DNA of 64,000 nucleotides, from the NCBI GenBank assembly GCA_022711395.1, contig JAKLFA010000003.1, forward strand, positions 290,509 to 354,508, written 5' to 3'. The notes under the pieces are model-generated. The model had not been told where the DNA came from. It was given only the letters and a program-made list of their open reading frames with translations, and did no database searches. A program made the translations under genes and the position numbers. Source of the DNA: Candidatus Omnitrophota bacterium (GTDB lineage: Bacteria; Omnitrophota; Gorgyraeia; Zapsychrales; JANLHA01). Positions 42,701-57,700 of this stretch are shown one piece after another (the stretch's first letter is position 1; each line of letters opens with the position of its first letter).

Positions 42701-45700
42701 TGCGACAGCAGCTGTTTGGCCAGGCAGGAGATGTGACAGGTGCGACGATCTTCCGCCATGGCGATCTGGGCGCGGGCGGCCAGCAGCAATTATACGCCAT
42801 GCTCAGAGGCGGCACGGGCATGGTTGCGGCCCATGATGTGGAAATGGGAGACGAGATCATCATTGAATCCATGGCGCATCAGCCGGTTTCAGCGGACGCT
42901 TTTGGAGGGACACAGCCTCAGGCGCCTCCTTCAGCCACGCCAGCGGCCAGCGCGTCTTCTGCTTCACCGACTTTAAATACGACAACACCGTCTTCATCAC
43001 CAACACCGCTTGATCCTTCTGCACCGACACCGGGCACAAACGCATCCGTAACGCCTTCTACACCGACAACTCCTTCTGTTTCACCGGCTCCTGCCACAGC
43101 GCAGGCTCCGGCTCCGACTTCCGCAAGCGCGGCAGCAGAGGCCGTGGCTAAACTTGTAGAGCGCAAGCCTGGAGATATTGCCCGTGAAAAAACTTTGAGC
43201 AGCCTTTCCATGGGACGCGCTGTTCAGAGGGTCATGAAAAAGGCCAAAGATGGCAAAGTCGAATTGATAGGGTTTTTGAACGCCACGGCGCAGGCGGTTG
43301 AGATCGACGTTGGCTCCGGAGAAAAAGTTCAGCTGAAGAGCGGAGAATTTTTAAGAGCGAAAGACGCGGCGGTCTTTGGCTATGACGCTTCACGGCTGGC
43401 CGGCCAGACCGATAAAGCGCGCGTGAAGAGCTTCGGCTTTGATGAGGCTAAACCGGTCGCCTTGTTTGAGCAGGAAGTGGAGACTCCGGGTGTTACACAG
43501 ATCAATCCGATGACCGGTAAACAGGAAGTCGTCAGCCGGGATAAACTCCGCACAGTCCGCCGAGAGGTCATGACCGATGCCGCGACCGGCAAGAGATTTA
43601 TTGAACGCAAGATCGCTGATGTTGAAATGACGGTCGGTGTCGAGCAGGCGCCTTTAGCGAATGTTCCGCAGATCGAAGTCAGGTCCACGCAGGAAGTGAC
43701 CGTGGAAGGCGATAAGGTCGTTGTTTCTCCCCGGAAGATGACCAATACGATCCATATTGTGCAGCCTGCCGCCAGCGAAGAAGGAGTTGCTCCGGCAGCG
43801 ATCGATCCGCAGGTCCAGGCGTTAGATGGCGCGCGGGTCGAGGGCAACGTGGTGTATTCCGCTTCCAATAATACACCGGTCGCGCTGATCCATGACGGTT
43901 ACAGGTCCATGCAGTTCGTTGATGCCACGGACGCGGGTTACCGTATCAAGGGCGGCGATCTGTTCGCTGAAGCGGTGGTGCAGCGTTTAGGGCTGTCCCG
44001 GCATTTACCGTCTCAGGACGCCGAAGATGCCCCTGACATCATTATTCCAAAAGCTGAATTTGAGAACGCCCTTGGGCGCAACCGCGAGCTTTCTCAGGCT
44101 GACACACGGATTTTAGGAAACGTTGTTTATCGTAATGAAGCCGGAGAGATCCATACGGATTTTGTCGACCCGACAGGACGAAAATTTGTTGTTTTGAGAG
44201 GGAGCGATGGCGCTTCCTATATTATTGAGCGTGATGAAAGTGTCGGTGCGTATCGCGTGGCCGCCAACAATACGGAAGCCAGGATCCTTTTGCGCCGTTC
44301 CGGGATCAAGACCCGTTCAGAGGCGGGACAGGATATCCTGATCTCTGACGCGCAGATGGACCAGGCGCTGTTAGGTAACGGCAAGTTCCATATGGCGGCG
44401 GAGATCAACAGCCGTTTACGAAACAAACAATCTCAGGACCCGGCGGCTGATGCTCAGAAGCTGGCGCAGTTGACCACGGAATTGATCTCATATTATCATC
44501 CTAACGCGACCGTTACGCCAAGCGTGGAAAAGGGAACGTTAGTTCATACGTATAGCGTTCCTGATGGATCAGGCGGGCATAAGACATTCAGGTTCCTGCC
44601 GACGCTGGAAGCGGAAAAAGGAAAATCGTCCGAGCACTATCGCGAATCAGAGCGCGTGGACACAGGGTTCCAGGCGCTGGTGGCGGAGTTGACGCCGTTT
44701 AAGCCGACGGAAGGCGTTGGCGTTGTGGGCCATGAAGGCAGGCACGTTTTTGATTTCCGCATGAGAGTGCAAGGCGGCAGGCGATTGGGCGGCAGCGCGA
44801 TGATCACCGGAGCCGTGGCCCTTCCGATCCGCAAAGGCTTTGTCAGCAGCGGAAAACGCAATGATCTTTCCGATGTTCAGCACACAAACATTTATTTATC
44901 CTCAGTCCAGGGCGCGCAGAAAGCGACCGAGTTGGGCGAAGTCCGGGCCTACCGTTCACAGCTTTTAGCCCAGGTCGGCCAGTTCCTGGAGAGCGCCGAT
45001 ATTGAGGATCATGAGCTGGCCCAGGAGCAGGCTAAAGATATGCTGTATTTTATGAAGCTTGCCCGAAACATTTCTTATAAAGCGGAATTTGGTTATCGGC
45101 AGGCGTTGGGCATTATTCGAGGAGGCCAGTTAGGACAGGATTTTGCCATTACAGCAGACCCCTTGAACGCGCAGGGTTCCATTGTTGTTGTAACATACAA
45201 AGATGCCAGCGGCCAGGTCAGAAAGATCCAGCAGCCGATCGATCCCCGGGCAAGGGACCGGATCAGCGCGAAATATGCCGCTCAAGGCATTACAAAGACA
45301 GACGATGAGGTCACAAAAGAAGCGGTCATTGAGATCTTTGAGAGCACGGTCCAGGAAGAGCAGGCCCAATCGGCCCGTATCGAGCAGGCGATCGTATTGT
45401 TGGATCAGGTGGGAAGAGACGCCTCTCAGTTCAATCCGTTAGCGTTCCGGGTGGCCTTTAAGGGTTACAGCGCGACATCGAGAGGCGGGAACACGCGAGA
45501 GCATTTAGCCCGCGTTTTTGACCAGGCGGTCGATAGAGAAAGAAATTTTGCCGGGATCGGCAATGAAGGGATTGCTTCAGATATTCAGGCCCGCCGTGTG
45601 TTGGCGGAGATCACGTCGGATTCTGTTCGCGTTGACGGAGGAAGCTCGGAGTTCACGAGATTGACAGGAAGAGCGGCGGATTCGAATATGATCTTGGAAT

Positions 45701-48700
45701 ACAACGCGCAGACCGGCCGAGGCGTGATCTACGAAAAAGAAGGGCAGAAGGTCATTGCTGACGCTCCGGTCTTAGGGAAAGACGCCAGCGGAAAAACGAT
45801 CGTGGTCGAGCGGAAAGATCAGGTCAAGAAAACGGGCGGTAAGATTTTTGCTTTTGTTTCCGTCGGCTCCAGCGGCTCGCCGAAACAGATCCAGGACGTT
45901 CGCGCCAAGATCGATTTTGACAGCACGGCCAAGATCGAGGTCGTGAAGGCCCAGCAGCCGGCAACACCGGCCGCACCGGCAGGAACCAGCCCGGCGATCC
46001 TGGTGAGCGCTCCGGCTGCTTCCGCGTCGACCCCGGTTCCGGCTGTGTTGACAGCGCAGGCGGCCCTGTCACAGAACACAGAATCTTATAGCGCTGATAT
46101 GGCGAGAGCCACGCCTGTTGAATTTGCAAAATATACATTGGGCCGTCAGGCCAGCAAAGGCAGCACAACAGCGCAGAAAATTTTGGCGGGCGAGATCCCG
46201 CTTCAATTAAGCGGAACAAGCGCGATCGTTCCGGCTGGATCAGATGCGGCAGAGACTCAGCCGACACCGCGCGCGGCGATCAATGCCGCATTCAGAGACA
46301 GCAAGCCGGTGAACGCCGAACTTTTGGCCGCCTATAACGCAAAGTCTGAGCGTCCGATCAGCGTTCCTCAAAATTATGTCCAGCAGGGTGAATTTTTGGT
46401 TCCGTCCTCTGGCGCCGTTTCTTCATCGACCAGCGCGGCAGTCCTTTCAACACCGGCGACTGAGGCCGCACTTCCGGCATTGGCCACGCCGCCGGATGTC
46501 GGCACGGCCGCACCGGTCGGCACATTGCCTGTTGCGCCTGTTCTGACGCCGGTGGCCGTTACAGGGATGCCGTTGGCGGCGGACCTTGACGCGATGAAGA
46601 CAGCGGATAAATTAGCGCGCGCGCATATTGACAATATTATTGCCGACAAACCGGGCTCGGTTGAGCCGGCCGGCACATCTGCAGTCGATAGACAACCACA
46701 ACCACGCGTGTCCCAGGGTTCGAGATATTCCTCCGGGCAAGGGGAAGTAACCGGGGCACGCACTGTCGATCAAGCGAAGGTCCTGGACGCGGCGATGAGC
46801 GCGGTCAAGCCTGATTCCAATCAGGTGATCGCGACCCGACGCGCGGATGGGACGATCGTTTCCATTATAAATCCGAACACGAAAACAGTTGAGATCGCCG
46901 GCGTTGCCTTGCAGCCCGGCCAGGAAGCGGTCATGGCCCAGGAACCGCAGACGCAAGAATACAAGGCCATCAAGGTAGAACGAAGGCAGAGCGAAGGACA
47001 GACACAGACGGTCGTGAGCGAACCGGTCACGATCGGGGCCATTCAATTAGAGCGCGGCGATATCGTTGAATACGCCAAGACCGGGGAGGTCCGGATCCTG
47101 GACAAGGCCAAGCCTCAGATGGTGAAGGCGGAAGTCGCAGGCCAGGTCCGCAGTGATATTGAACCGGACGCGGTCAAGCAGGTTGAGGTTCAGAAGACCT
47201 TCGGTGATCTGAAAGTGGTCAAGGCTGATGTTGCGGTCGCGACGGGAGAATCTAAAACTTTGTATGTGCAGCCGACTGAAACCGTTCAAAAAGTTTTCCC
47301 GGACCGTAAAGCGGACGAAAGCGGAAATGTCCGTTTGAGCGAGCAGGAAATAAAAACAGTCTTCAGCCTGGAAAATACAGGTGTCACTAATATAGAGAAG
47401 ACCCGCCGTGATCTGAATCAGGCGGTTGTGGCGAAAGCGGAAGGACGCGGAGAGGTTAAGACGCTTACCGCAGCGCCGAAAGTTTATCAGCAGGCTGTTG
47501 AGGCGGCCCGTCAGGACCTGCAGGGCCAGTTGATGATCGCTCAGGCTAAGGCCCAGGACAGTAAAGGGGAGGACGAGAGGGCCCGGTTTGAAACGCAGGC
47601 CCGCCAGATCCAGAGCGAACTGGATCTTTTACGTGACGAGAATGTGGTTGTCCTCGATACTCCGCAGACACAAGTCCAGACATACAGAACAGAAGCTCAA
47701 GCTGAACAATTAAAACCTGAACAGGCTGTTGCCGTTGAGCGCGTCTTGAATGAGCGCGTGGAAGGCGGTTTTGTTGATAACACAGGCCGCGTCGTTGTAT
47801 TTGCTGATACAGCGGAACGCAATTTCGATTATGCTGTCAAAACAGAGCAGGCGAATTTGATTCAGGACAGCGTGAAGGCGCGCGTGGCCGAAACAGTTAA
47901 ACATGAAGTCGCGGCCGCGGCGAATCAATACAGCACGGATGCGGCCAATATCGAAGCCGCACGGACACGCATCGCGGATTTAGGTCTTCCGACGCAGGCA
48001 AGCTTGACCGGACGTGAGGGGGACAAGACGGAGGTCATGGATGCCTCCAGCGTAACGGCGATGTTAAGCGGCCAGAAACATGAAGTTCGTCCGTTTGACC
48101 GTCGACGGGAGGTCGCGCCGCGGAATTGGGAGGTCGTCTTCCCCGAAACAGTTTTTAAGGCCCAAAACATCAGCTTCCAGGAAGAAAAACTGATAAGCGC
48201 TTCCCGCGCCCGTGAAAGTTTCGTTCATGGATTTTTATTAAATCAGCCCCAGCTGGAAGTTGAGAGCGCGATCAGCAGAGTTCTTAAGAAACCGGTCAAT
48301 CTTGACGATGTTAGCGATAGGATCACGTTAAGTTATTTTGATGAAGGAACGAATAAAGACGTCTTTAAGGTCACCATGACCGCTCAAAACGGAGAGCAAT
48401 TTACATTTAAGCTCGCGCATAAGCAGCCGAAAAAGGGTGGCGATATCTCGCCGAGAGAAACGGTCAATCTTTCTGCCGTTTCAGATGTTTCCGGAGCGGT
48501 TCCCGGTTTTGGCGGGCGCTATGAATACAATGGCCGGGCATTTTATATTGAGGAATTCATTGAAGGAAAGACCGTTCGCCAGATCAACCAGCAGGGCGGT
48601 CTTACTCACGCGATCCGTGAAAAGTCGGTCAAAACGATCCTGGAAGTTTCTAAAACGCTCCATGATCTGGGAGAGGCCGAAGATATGCCGAAGGATATCC

Positions 48701-51700
48701 ATACCGGCAACGTCATGATCCGGGATCGGGACGGCTCCGCTGTAATGGTGGATATCGGTAATAATTATGTTCCGGTTGGACAGGGGGTCCAGAACCTGGT
48801 CCGGTTCTACGGTTATTTCGGTGAGAACAAGGACAAGGGAAGCAATGAATTCATTTATCAGGCCCTTTTGGATGCCTATGGCCGGGAAGATGGTTTGAGA
48901 TATTTGCAGAGCAATGTTGATCACATCAAGGCGGCCATGGCCTATGATCAAAAGACCGGCCGTGAAGCGGGCGTAACGTCACCCAAGAAAAAGCAGATCA
49001 GAGAGCAAAGGGATGAGCCGGCTCTCAGGACGGAAGATTCTCTGCAGGTCGTTCAGGAAATGGAAGATTTTATCAGACGCGTGTCCAGCAGCCCGTCATC
49101 GGATCTCGTAAGGGGCACGAACGCCGCGGTCATTGCTCCGGCCGTCACATATAAAGTTTCGCCGCCGCAGATGGATAGGCCTGTTCTGGAAAAGACCTTT
49201 GTCAGCCCGCAATTCGTCCATGACCTGAAGGTCCTGGGAGTCCGTGATGAAAATATTTCAAAGGTCGAGATCGGGCAAGGCGTAGGCGGACGGGAAAAGA
49301 CATTTTATCCGGTCACAGCGGGAGATCAAAAGGTCGCCGTTGTCGTGATCGGCGGTGGTCAGGAGAATGTGGACCGCAGTTATGAATTCCAGAAATTGGT
49401 CAGTCAAAAATTGCTTGGTGTGACGCAGACTCCCGTGAGCCTTCAGAAATATCCGGGCGGCGTCGGGGTGAAGGTTGAAGAGTTGATTCCCGGGCCCAGC
49501 CTTGAAATTATTTCCCGCAGGCTTTATGAGCGCGCCGCAAAGCCGGAAGTGGATGAGGCGACACGCGGAAAGATGATCGCCACGGCGCAAGCCCTGACGC
49601 GAAAGAGCGTGATGCGCTATGTCAGGCTTTGGGACCAGTTCGGCATGACGGTCGACACAGATCCAAGTAATGTGAAGTTCAAGGCATCAAGCGAGAAGAG
49701 ATTCGGGATGCCGGTGATCGTTGATCTGGACGCTCCGCAGGAATTTGATCCCAGCATGCCGGAAGAATTCACGAGATCTTCAAAAACAGCGTCGGAACTT
49801 ATCGAATCTATAGGCGATCCCTTCGGTAACGGCACAGTGAGCTATGACGCCGTCATGGATGAATATGTGGCAAAAGCCGTCAGACAGGGCAAAACGGTCG
49901 AGGCAGGAAAGCAGGAAGGCGTCCGGGTATTAAGAGAAGCGCTGGCGGAGTTCAAAGCGAAGGCCGCTCCTACCGTTGGAATGAATTTCACGCAGATCTA
50001 CACGGACCAGCTGACATCATATATTGATGGAGATGGCCTCAAGAATTATGAATATGTCGATCATCGCATTGAGAGGATGAATTTACCGGTCATGTCCGAG
50101 ACGGAAGCGGTCAGGACCGCCGCCCGTGATCAGCTGGAGATGATCAAGACCAGACAGACGCTTGCCAGCGCCGGCACGAATTCCGCGGTTCTTTCCGAAG
50201 CACCACGGTCTGCGTTAGCCGCTGCGGTGGATCTTAAGACCGTTCTGCCGGTGAACGCGGAGACCCGCCGGCCGGAACTGAAGGTCGTTTCTTCAGATAA
50301 GAATTATGTGATCGTTGCTTCTGAGCCCAAAGAATCGGTCGTTCCGGGCAGGATGCAGAGCCATTTCAATGTTTATGCGACGGACGCTCAGGGCAAAGTC
50401 GAGATGTCCAATGGTGAGCCGCGCGTGATCGGTGATTTTAAACTTTCTTCTTCGATGCAGAACGGCCGTCCAGTCGTTGAGATCAATGAGGTGGCGATCC
50501 CCAGAGCGCAGGACAGAGGCCAGGGGATCTACGGCGCGTTTGTTGACCAGCTCAAGACAACAGTCCCTGCTGGCGCTGAGATCAAGATCACGGATGTCCG
50601 TCATGCCCAGACGTTGGCGGATTTTGCCGGCGCGGTTTCCACAGAACTTAAAGCCCGCGGAGACGTGGCCGGTTTGAAGGCTGTTAAATTCATGGCCCTC
50701 CGTTCAGAGCTGCAGCAGATCAATGATGACTTTGAACAGGGCAAGATAAGTCTTTTGGAATACACCATGGCGGTTGAAGCCCCGCGGAAAGCGCTCGTTC
50801 CGCTTTTGCATCAGTATGATCAGATCAGCGAATTGGATCAAAGCCTTCCGTCGCTGACTGTCATGGCCAGGAAGACAGATTTCGGCAAACGCCATCAGGG
50901 TCTTTTTGATGTGGAGACGGTTTCCTTCACGATGCCACGCAATGATGGAGATATTCTTCTTCATATTTCGGGCGCGGCGAAGGGAACGGCTTCTCTCGCT
51001 CAAACCGGTACTAACGCTGCGGTGCTTTCTTCGGGATTAGGCAGGACACTCGCCAAGGCCGTTCTTCCGGTTTCCCTCCTTTTTGCGGGAGCTTCGTTCG
51101 ATACGGCGGAAGCGGTGACAGATAGAACAGCGGCCGCTTATGCCGGAAATAACGCGAGATTCGGCGTCGGTTCTTCTGAGATCGTCAAGGCCAGGGCTGA
51201 AATGGACCGTGGGCTTGATGAGATCTTGAATATTGTTCAGAAACGCAATGGCGGAAACCTTATTCCCGGTGGAGTGAACGCTCCGGTCTTATCTGAGATC
51301 TTATCGAAGGCCGTTAAGCCGGGAGAGGCTCCGCGGTTCGAGACGGTTTCTTCCGCGATCAGAAATGAATTGACCTCCCGTTATCAGAAGTTCGATTCCG
51401 GAAAGATGTCTCCTGCGGAGGTCGCCGAACTCGAGCAGCTCGAACAGGATGTGGCTGTCTTTACAACGCGCCTTGTGACCGAAAGCTCTCAATATGACGC
51501 GACGGGCAGGGGCGAGGAATATATGGCCTTGCGTAACATTGTTTATGGATGGCCAACTGTTGATGGAAATATAGCGCGCCGATATGTCTGTGAAGGTTGC
51601 GCGGCAATGAACACGCTGATCGGAGAGAATGAGTTCGGGCTGAGAGAATTCCGCAAACTGAATGTCCAGATGGATGCCAAAGGAATAGTCTTCGGCATTG

Positions 51701-54700
51701 ATGGGGAGGCCGGCCACTCTAATAATTATTTGCGCACGGCCAGCGGAAAGACGGTCCTGCCTGTTGATCAGGGCGTGTTCGGAAAAGATGCGGATCATCT
51801 AAAAGTAGATGTTTGGAATGACCAGGGCGAACACCGTGTCGTTCAGATCTCAGATCTTTCCAAGCCCGAACTTAAAGGGTTCCGTGGCGAAAGCGCCAAT
51901 GAAATTAAAGCCAGGGACGAGGCTGAATTACGGTTAAAGACGTTGACCGATCAGAACAATCTTTCAGCGCGGCTTTCGAACGGACGATCGATGGAGCAGT
52001 TGAGCCAGGTCCGTAGAGAAGTCCAGATGATCGAATCTTCTCCCGAGCTTATGAAGGCTATTGCCCGCCATCCTCATCTTCAGAAAAATTTTGACGGATT
52101 AAAGAAGGGCGTGACGGGCAATATTAAGATTACGACTTACAATGAGGCTGTGGAGCAGTTCAATGGATTGAGCCGTCAGCTCAACGGAGTCGGAACGCTT
52201 TTTGAAAATAAGGATTATAAAGCAGCGGCAGGCCAATATGAAAAGACTGCCACGGATATCAAGAAGGCCATTGAAACGCTCAAAGCGAACGGATTTGAGC
52301 AGTTACAACAGGCGTCTTCTGACGGCCAGATCGTTCGTGGAGGATCGCTGATCTCCGGCCTTGAAAAAATGCTCAAGGTCGCGGAGGACAACGCCGCCGC
52401 GGCCCGCCACAATGCCGGAATCGGGACTGGCCTCACATCAAGAACGCCGTCATCCGTCGTTGCGACCGGCAGCCGCACGGAAGCGCTAAAGGTCAACGGG
52501 CTTATTTCACGGTTCAATGAGGCCAGCCAAGCCAAGAATATTTCTGAGCTCAAGCAGCTCTTGTCCGAGGTTGAAACGCTTTCTGGCACAGTGAACGACA
52601 AAGCAATGTCAGAGGCGCTGGGTGACATTAAGACAAAGGCCGGTCAGAACATTACCGTTCTTCAGTTCAATGACCTTGCGGCGCGTTTTAATGTTTACGC
52701 TAATCAAAGAGGCCAGGGGGCTGTCAAAGAATTAGAGAAGATCCAGGCCGACGCAGAAGAGGCTTTAAAGACCGCTCCGCAAACAAGCCCCGTAAGGACC
52801 AAGCTGGACGATATGATCCGTCAGACACGCCAGATCATTGAAAGAAGGAGATCCGGCGCTTCTGTTGATCCGCAGCAAGCCTCTCCGTTGAAGGAAGCGG
52901 AAGGGCAATTGGCTTCTGTGAACACCGTGACGCCTTTGATCGAGGCGACTGCGGAACTTTCGCCTTTGCCCTATGAAACGGTCACAACATACAGCGTCGA
53001 CCACGGGGTTGTGGTCGCGCGGGGAACGCCATGGATGGACACGCTGGCAGGACAGGCATCAGATGCTGATCGTGCCGGCCGCAATTATGAGAACGGCTCT
53101 GCCCAGGCATTGGGCCGCCCGGCGCCTCAAACCAACGCCGCGGTCCTCGCCCAGGAAACCATAAAGATCAATTACCGTTATCCCAAGTCAATATCGGCAG
53201 GCTTGGGCAGGGCTTCGAATTTTGAAGGAAAAGCGGAGATCTCTCGCAAAGCGCATCAGGCCAACAGCGGCAAGGGGGATTTCAGGCAAGTTCATGTTAT
53301 TGCTTCCGATGACGCGGATCCCGCGGCCCAGGCCGAGAAGATGGTTTATGAAAGACAGGCGCGGAAGGATCAAACGCCGGTTTATATTTTTGATGCTCAA
53401 GACTCTCAGTCTCCGCTGAAGGCAGTGGAGATCACGGATAAGGGACAGATCAGCTACCGCAAAGTTCAGCCAAGTGAGATCGAGACGGGTACGGTTGTTG
53501 TCGCCAATCCTCGCTTGAATACCGCCGCGGCTTTCAGCCCGGCTTCCGAGACGGCGCGCAACTTGGTCAAAAAAGGGAACGTTATCGTTGATCCGGACGT
53601 CTTTTCAGTGGAACATCTGGATGGCCAGGCAGCGCCGGAAACTTCTGTGATCGGACTATCGGCAGCTCAGACCACTAAAGTCCATGCGGCAAGCATTCCT
53701 GCGGTTCAGGCCAAGGCCATGAAAAGCGTGCGGATTGTTCTTGGCGTTCAGGACGGGGTCGTTCTGTCTCGCGAAGCTTTTGTTGATCCGCGCATCAGGC
53801 AATATTCTCCCAAAGAACAGCAGAACTTGAATGACGCGATCTTTGTTTTTGCTCAGCAAGGAACGTTTGATTACGTGCAGATCGATGATACGGATCCGAG
53901 CAGTATGCGGACAGAGATCATCCGCACGGCGGACGGCATGAACATTTTAGTGATCGGCGCAGGATATTCTAGAACAGAGATGCGCACGTTGGTCGAAAAT
54001 ATTGGTGATGAAGCAGCTCAAGATAGCGGCTGGGCGGCGTTGGCTGTCAAGACGGCGTCGAACTGGTTGACAAAGATCAGACCATCTGTGGTCTTAAGTG
54101 ACAAGACCGCGGGAGATATTATGGTTGGCCGTAAGAATTTGACTCCTGGTCAGGCTCCGATCATCTCGGCTCAAGCGTCCGCGGCGCTCGTCGGGCCCAA
54201 GAGCGGAAAGATCCCGAGCTGGAGCGAGGCTGTGTCGAGCTTAGCAGCGGAGCAGAAAGCCGGTGTTCAGGGAATCAATGTGGCGTCGGGATTAAAGGCT
54301 TCAACCTCTTCAACACAGGTTAATAATGCCGTTCTTTCATCCGGAAATAGCGGCAACGAAGACGGCATGGATGCTGATCAGTGGGTCGCTTTGATGCAGG
54401 CGCAGTCAGGGATATCGGATACCGAGATCGGGGACGTGTCTGTTGTGGAAGGATTTATTCCCAGCATGCATGATGGCGAAGGTTCTCTGGAAGAAAATTC
54501 CCGAGAAGGCGAATATTACCGGATGACCAGAACAGGCGCTGGATTTAAGGTTTCAGAGATCAGACCGGCGAATGATTTTAAGGCAGTGGATGAGGCCAGC
54601 GATATTGTTTTGTTCGTCCGCAAGGACCGGCCGGAGGTCATCGCGAAATATCATTTAAGGACCGCGTCGGGAAAAGAAAAGCCTGAAGCAGAGATCTCAA

Positions 54701-57700
54701 GGGCGGTCAAGACCGTGTTCGAAAGTGAGCAGTGGAAGAACCGCCAGCCTCAAAGCGTCAGGCAGGCGCCCGCTTCTGAGAACAGAGGGGCCAATGCTGC
54801 TGTCGTGAAGGAGCCTTCAGATATTTTCTTGGGTGGAGTTCCGACGAGAGGGGAAACTGTTCTGGGATTGATCGGCACGGTCTCTTCTGAAACCCAGCCT
54901 GTCGCAGGAGCGGAGGACAGCGCTCCCGTTCAGAAACATGTGATCAATTTCTTCTCTTCCAACGAAGGAAAAGATAGTTCGGCAGGCGCCGCACGGAACT
55001 ATCCTTTGGAAACTCCGATCACAGACACGCTGCAGAGCGAGATCCGGGACCTTGAACATGAATTTGATCAGGCGCAGGTTTCCGCTCAACCAGCCGAAGT
55101 TCAGGAAACGGCTTATCGTAAGCTTGTGGCCGCCAAGGCACTGCTTTTACGTGAATATGAAACGCGCCTGTTGAACCAGGTCGCAAAGGCGCGTAATGAT
55201 GATGCTCTGCAGAATGCCACAAATCCGCTTGAGCATGATATTCGTATTAATGGAAAGACAGTCCTAACACTTAAAAATTCAGAAGGGATTCTCAGAGGCG
55301 GCAGTTGGTATGACCAGCTGGCAAAACAGGCCCAGGATCCCGAGGTTTTGGATGTCTTGGATGTGGCTAAGAATTTGGATCGGCAGGCGGATCATTTATC
55401 GCATTTTGACGGGCAAGGAATGTCAGTATCAGCTATTAGAGGAGAGATCTCTTCTCTGGCCGGACAATTGAATTGGCTGAAAGTCAGGCTTTCTGCATCC
55501 GATCGTTCAGACAGGGCTGTTGCTCGCGCTCAGCGTAGTGTGCGCCAGCAGACACCGCGAACAACAACTCAGGCCGTTTCGGCATTACAGCGGCCGTCCA
55601 AGGTCGGTTCGGTGATCGTTGGAATCGCGACCAGCACCAAGAACCCGATGGATACGGAAGCATGGCGTCCGTTCTTGGAAGGAAAGATCAAGGCCGGAGA
55701 CCAGGCCGCGATCGCTGAATATGTGGCGCTCTTCCTGTCGGGCGACGCGAACTGGGTTGAGTTTAGAAGGCTTTTGGAGGCGGGAGCGATCGAAACCGGC
55801 GAAATTTGGGCCCCGGTCTTAGAACTGGTCTACGCGAAAGAAGCGGAGCTGGCCGCTCAAGGAGCTGTTAATGAAACAGAAGATGCGAATGCCGCTGTTC
55901 TTGGAGGATCATTCTGGGTTCGCGGAGCGCAGTCGCTGTTAGTGGCCGGAATGCTCGCTCAGGGCATTTCAGGATTTAATGCCGGAGCGGCAGAGGCTAT
56001 TGCTGATTCAGTGAAGCAGGAGATGGCCGCGGACGCCCGCTTAAGAGACGAATTGCATCGAGCGATGGCTGAATTTGACAGGATCGAGAAAAAATACACG
56101 CTTAAGCGCGAATTCAAGCCTGGCTTGCACATGATCGGAGATTTTGATGACATCCGTCCGACGGTGATCTTGATCCATGGCGGGTTCTCCAGGCCGGACG
56201 CTTTTGAGCGCTTCGCGCCGTATTTCAGAGAGAAATTCAATATCGTTATCTTTGCGCATGATTCCGCGGAGCGCTTGACTCGCACAGGCGAGCTTTTCAG
56301 GGCGGATTATGAACGGTTGTTGAAGGGGACATCTTCCAAGAAGATCGTTGTGACCCATTCATTCGGCAGCACGGCGTTCATGAGGGCGATGCTTGACGCG
56401 AGTCCGGAATTTAAGGCGGAACTCAAGACCGCCAAGGTCTTTATGCTGTCACCGGCGTTCTTCGGTTCGGCGCGCGTTGGCATGGGCGGCAGCTGGTTCG
56501 TCCAGGGCCAACTGTGGCTGGGATCATTGGGCGGCGCGTTCGATTTTCTTGAAGCAACTCGACGACAAGGACAATATCATGATCCAGATGGCAAAACGAC
56601 CGCGGAATTATATAAGCGGTACCAGGAATTTAAAGCCCTGTTCAATGATGAGGTTGAAGTTATTGCTTTGACCAATGATTCTCATGCGCCGAAACGGCAA
56701 GAGAGTGTTTTAGGGCAGCGTTATCAGCAGATCGTTGTTGAGGGCGGCGCGCTTTTGCCGGCTGAAACGGATGTCGGGCATTCTGAGATCTTGCGCCGCA
56801 GAGATGTTGTTGAAACGATCATTAATAAAGTTTCAGGAGGCGCTTCAACGGAGACAAACCCGGCCGTGCTTTCACGTGATTTTGAATGGCCGGCCCTTCC
56901 GCAGAATGAAAGCCAGTTGCGCTCACAACTTAAGGAATCTTTTGCTAGAAGCTGGAATCCTGTCAGAGGAACGCCTAGAGATGCGTTAAGGATCTATCGT
57001 GTGAACGGACGATTCTTTGTGAAGGCGCCTTTGGCCGCGCATTTGATCTTAGGAAAAGAGCTGGCATTGAACGCCTTTGGTCGCCATTTTATACCGACGA
57101 CGGCGTTGGTCGCCTCTGTTGATTCCTTAAAGTATGGAGTGGTGGATCAATACGCGGCGAACGATCCGGGAGCGCCCGTGGTTTATGTTCAACCGGTCGT
57201 TCAGCCGTTCGTGGATGTTGTGCAGGATGAATTTGGGTTCCAGCACGCGGTCGCCGGCCAGGGTATTTTGAATGCTGAACCTGCCCAATCGATTGCGCGC
57301 ATTGATTTTTATTTCGAGATCCTGGAAGACATGCTTAAAGTCGGATTGTCGAACGCGGACGCGACTATTGCCCAGGTTGGCGTTGCTGAAAACAATAGAA
57401 CGTATTTCTTTGATATTGAGCGGTTCCGCGAGGTTAAACCGCAACTGGGTGATGCGCAGGATGTGCAGGTCAACACGTTGTTGGCCATTGATGCACGGAA
57501 TAGAGAATTGTTGGCGGAAGCGGGTGTTGGTAAAGAGATTTTGAGCCACTATGACCTCAGGTCAAAGGCATTCTTCAAGCAAGACACGCTTGATAAGCTG
57601 TGGCAAGCTGAGATGAACTTACGCCAGCCGGTAAGCAGCTTGTTTGATTATGCGAAAGATGTGGCATCACGGTTCACGCCGTCATTAACAAAAGAAGAGT

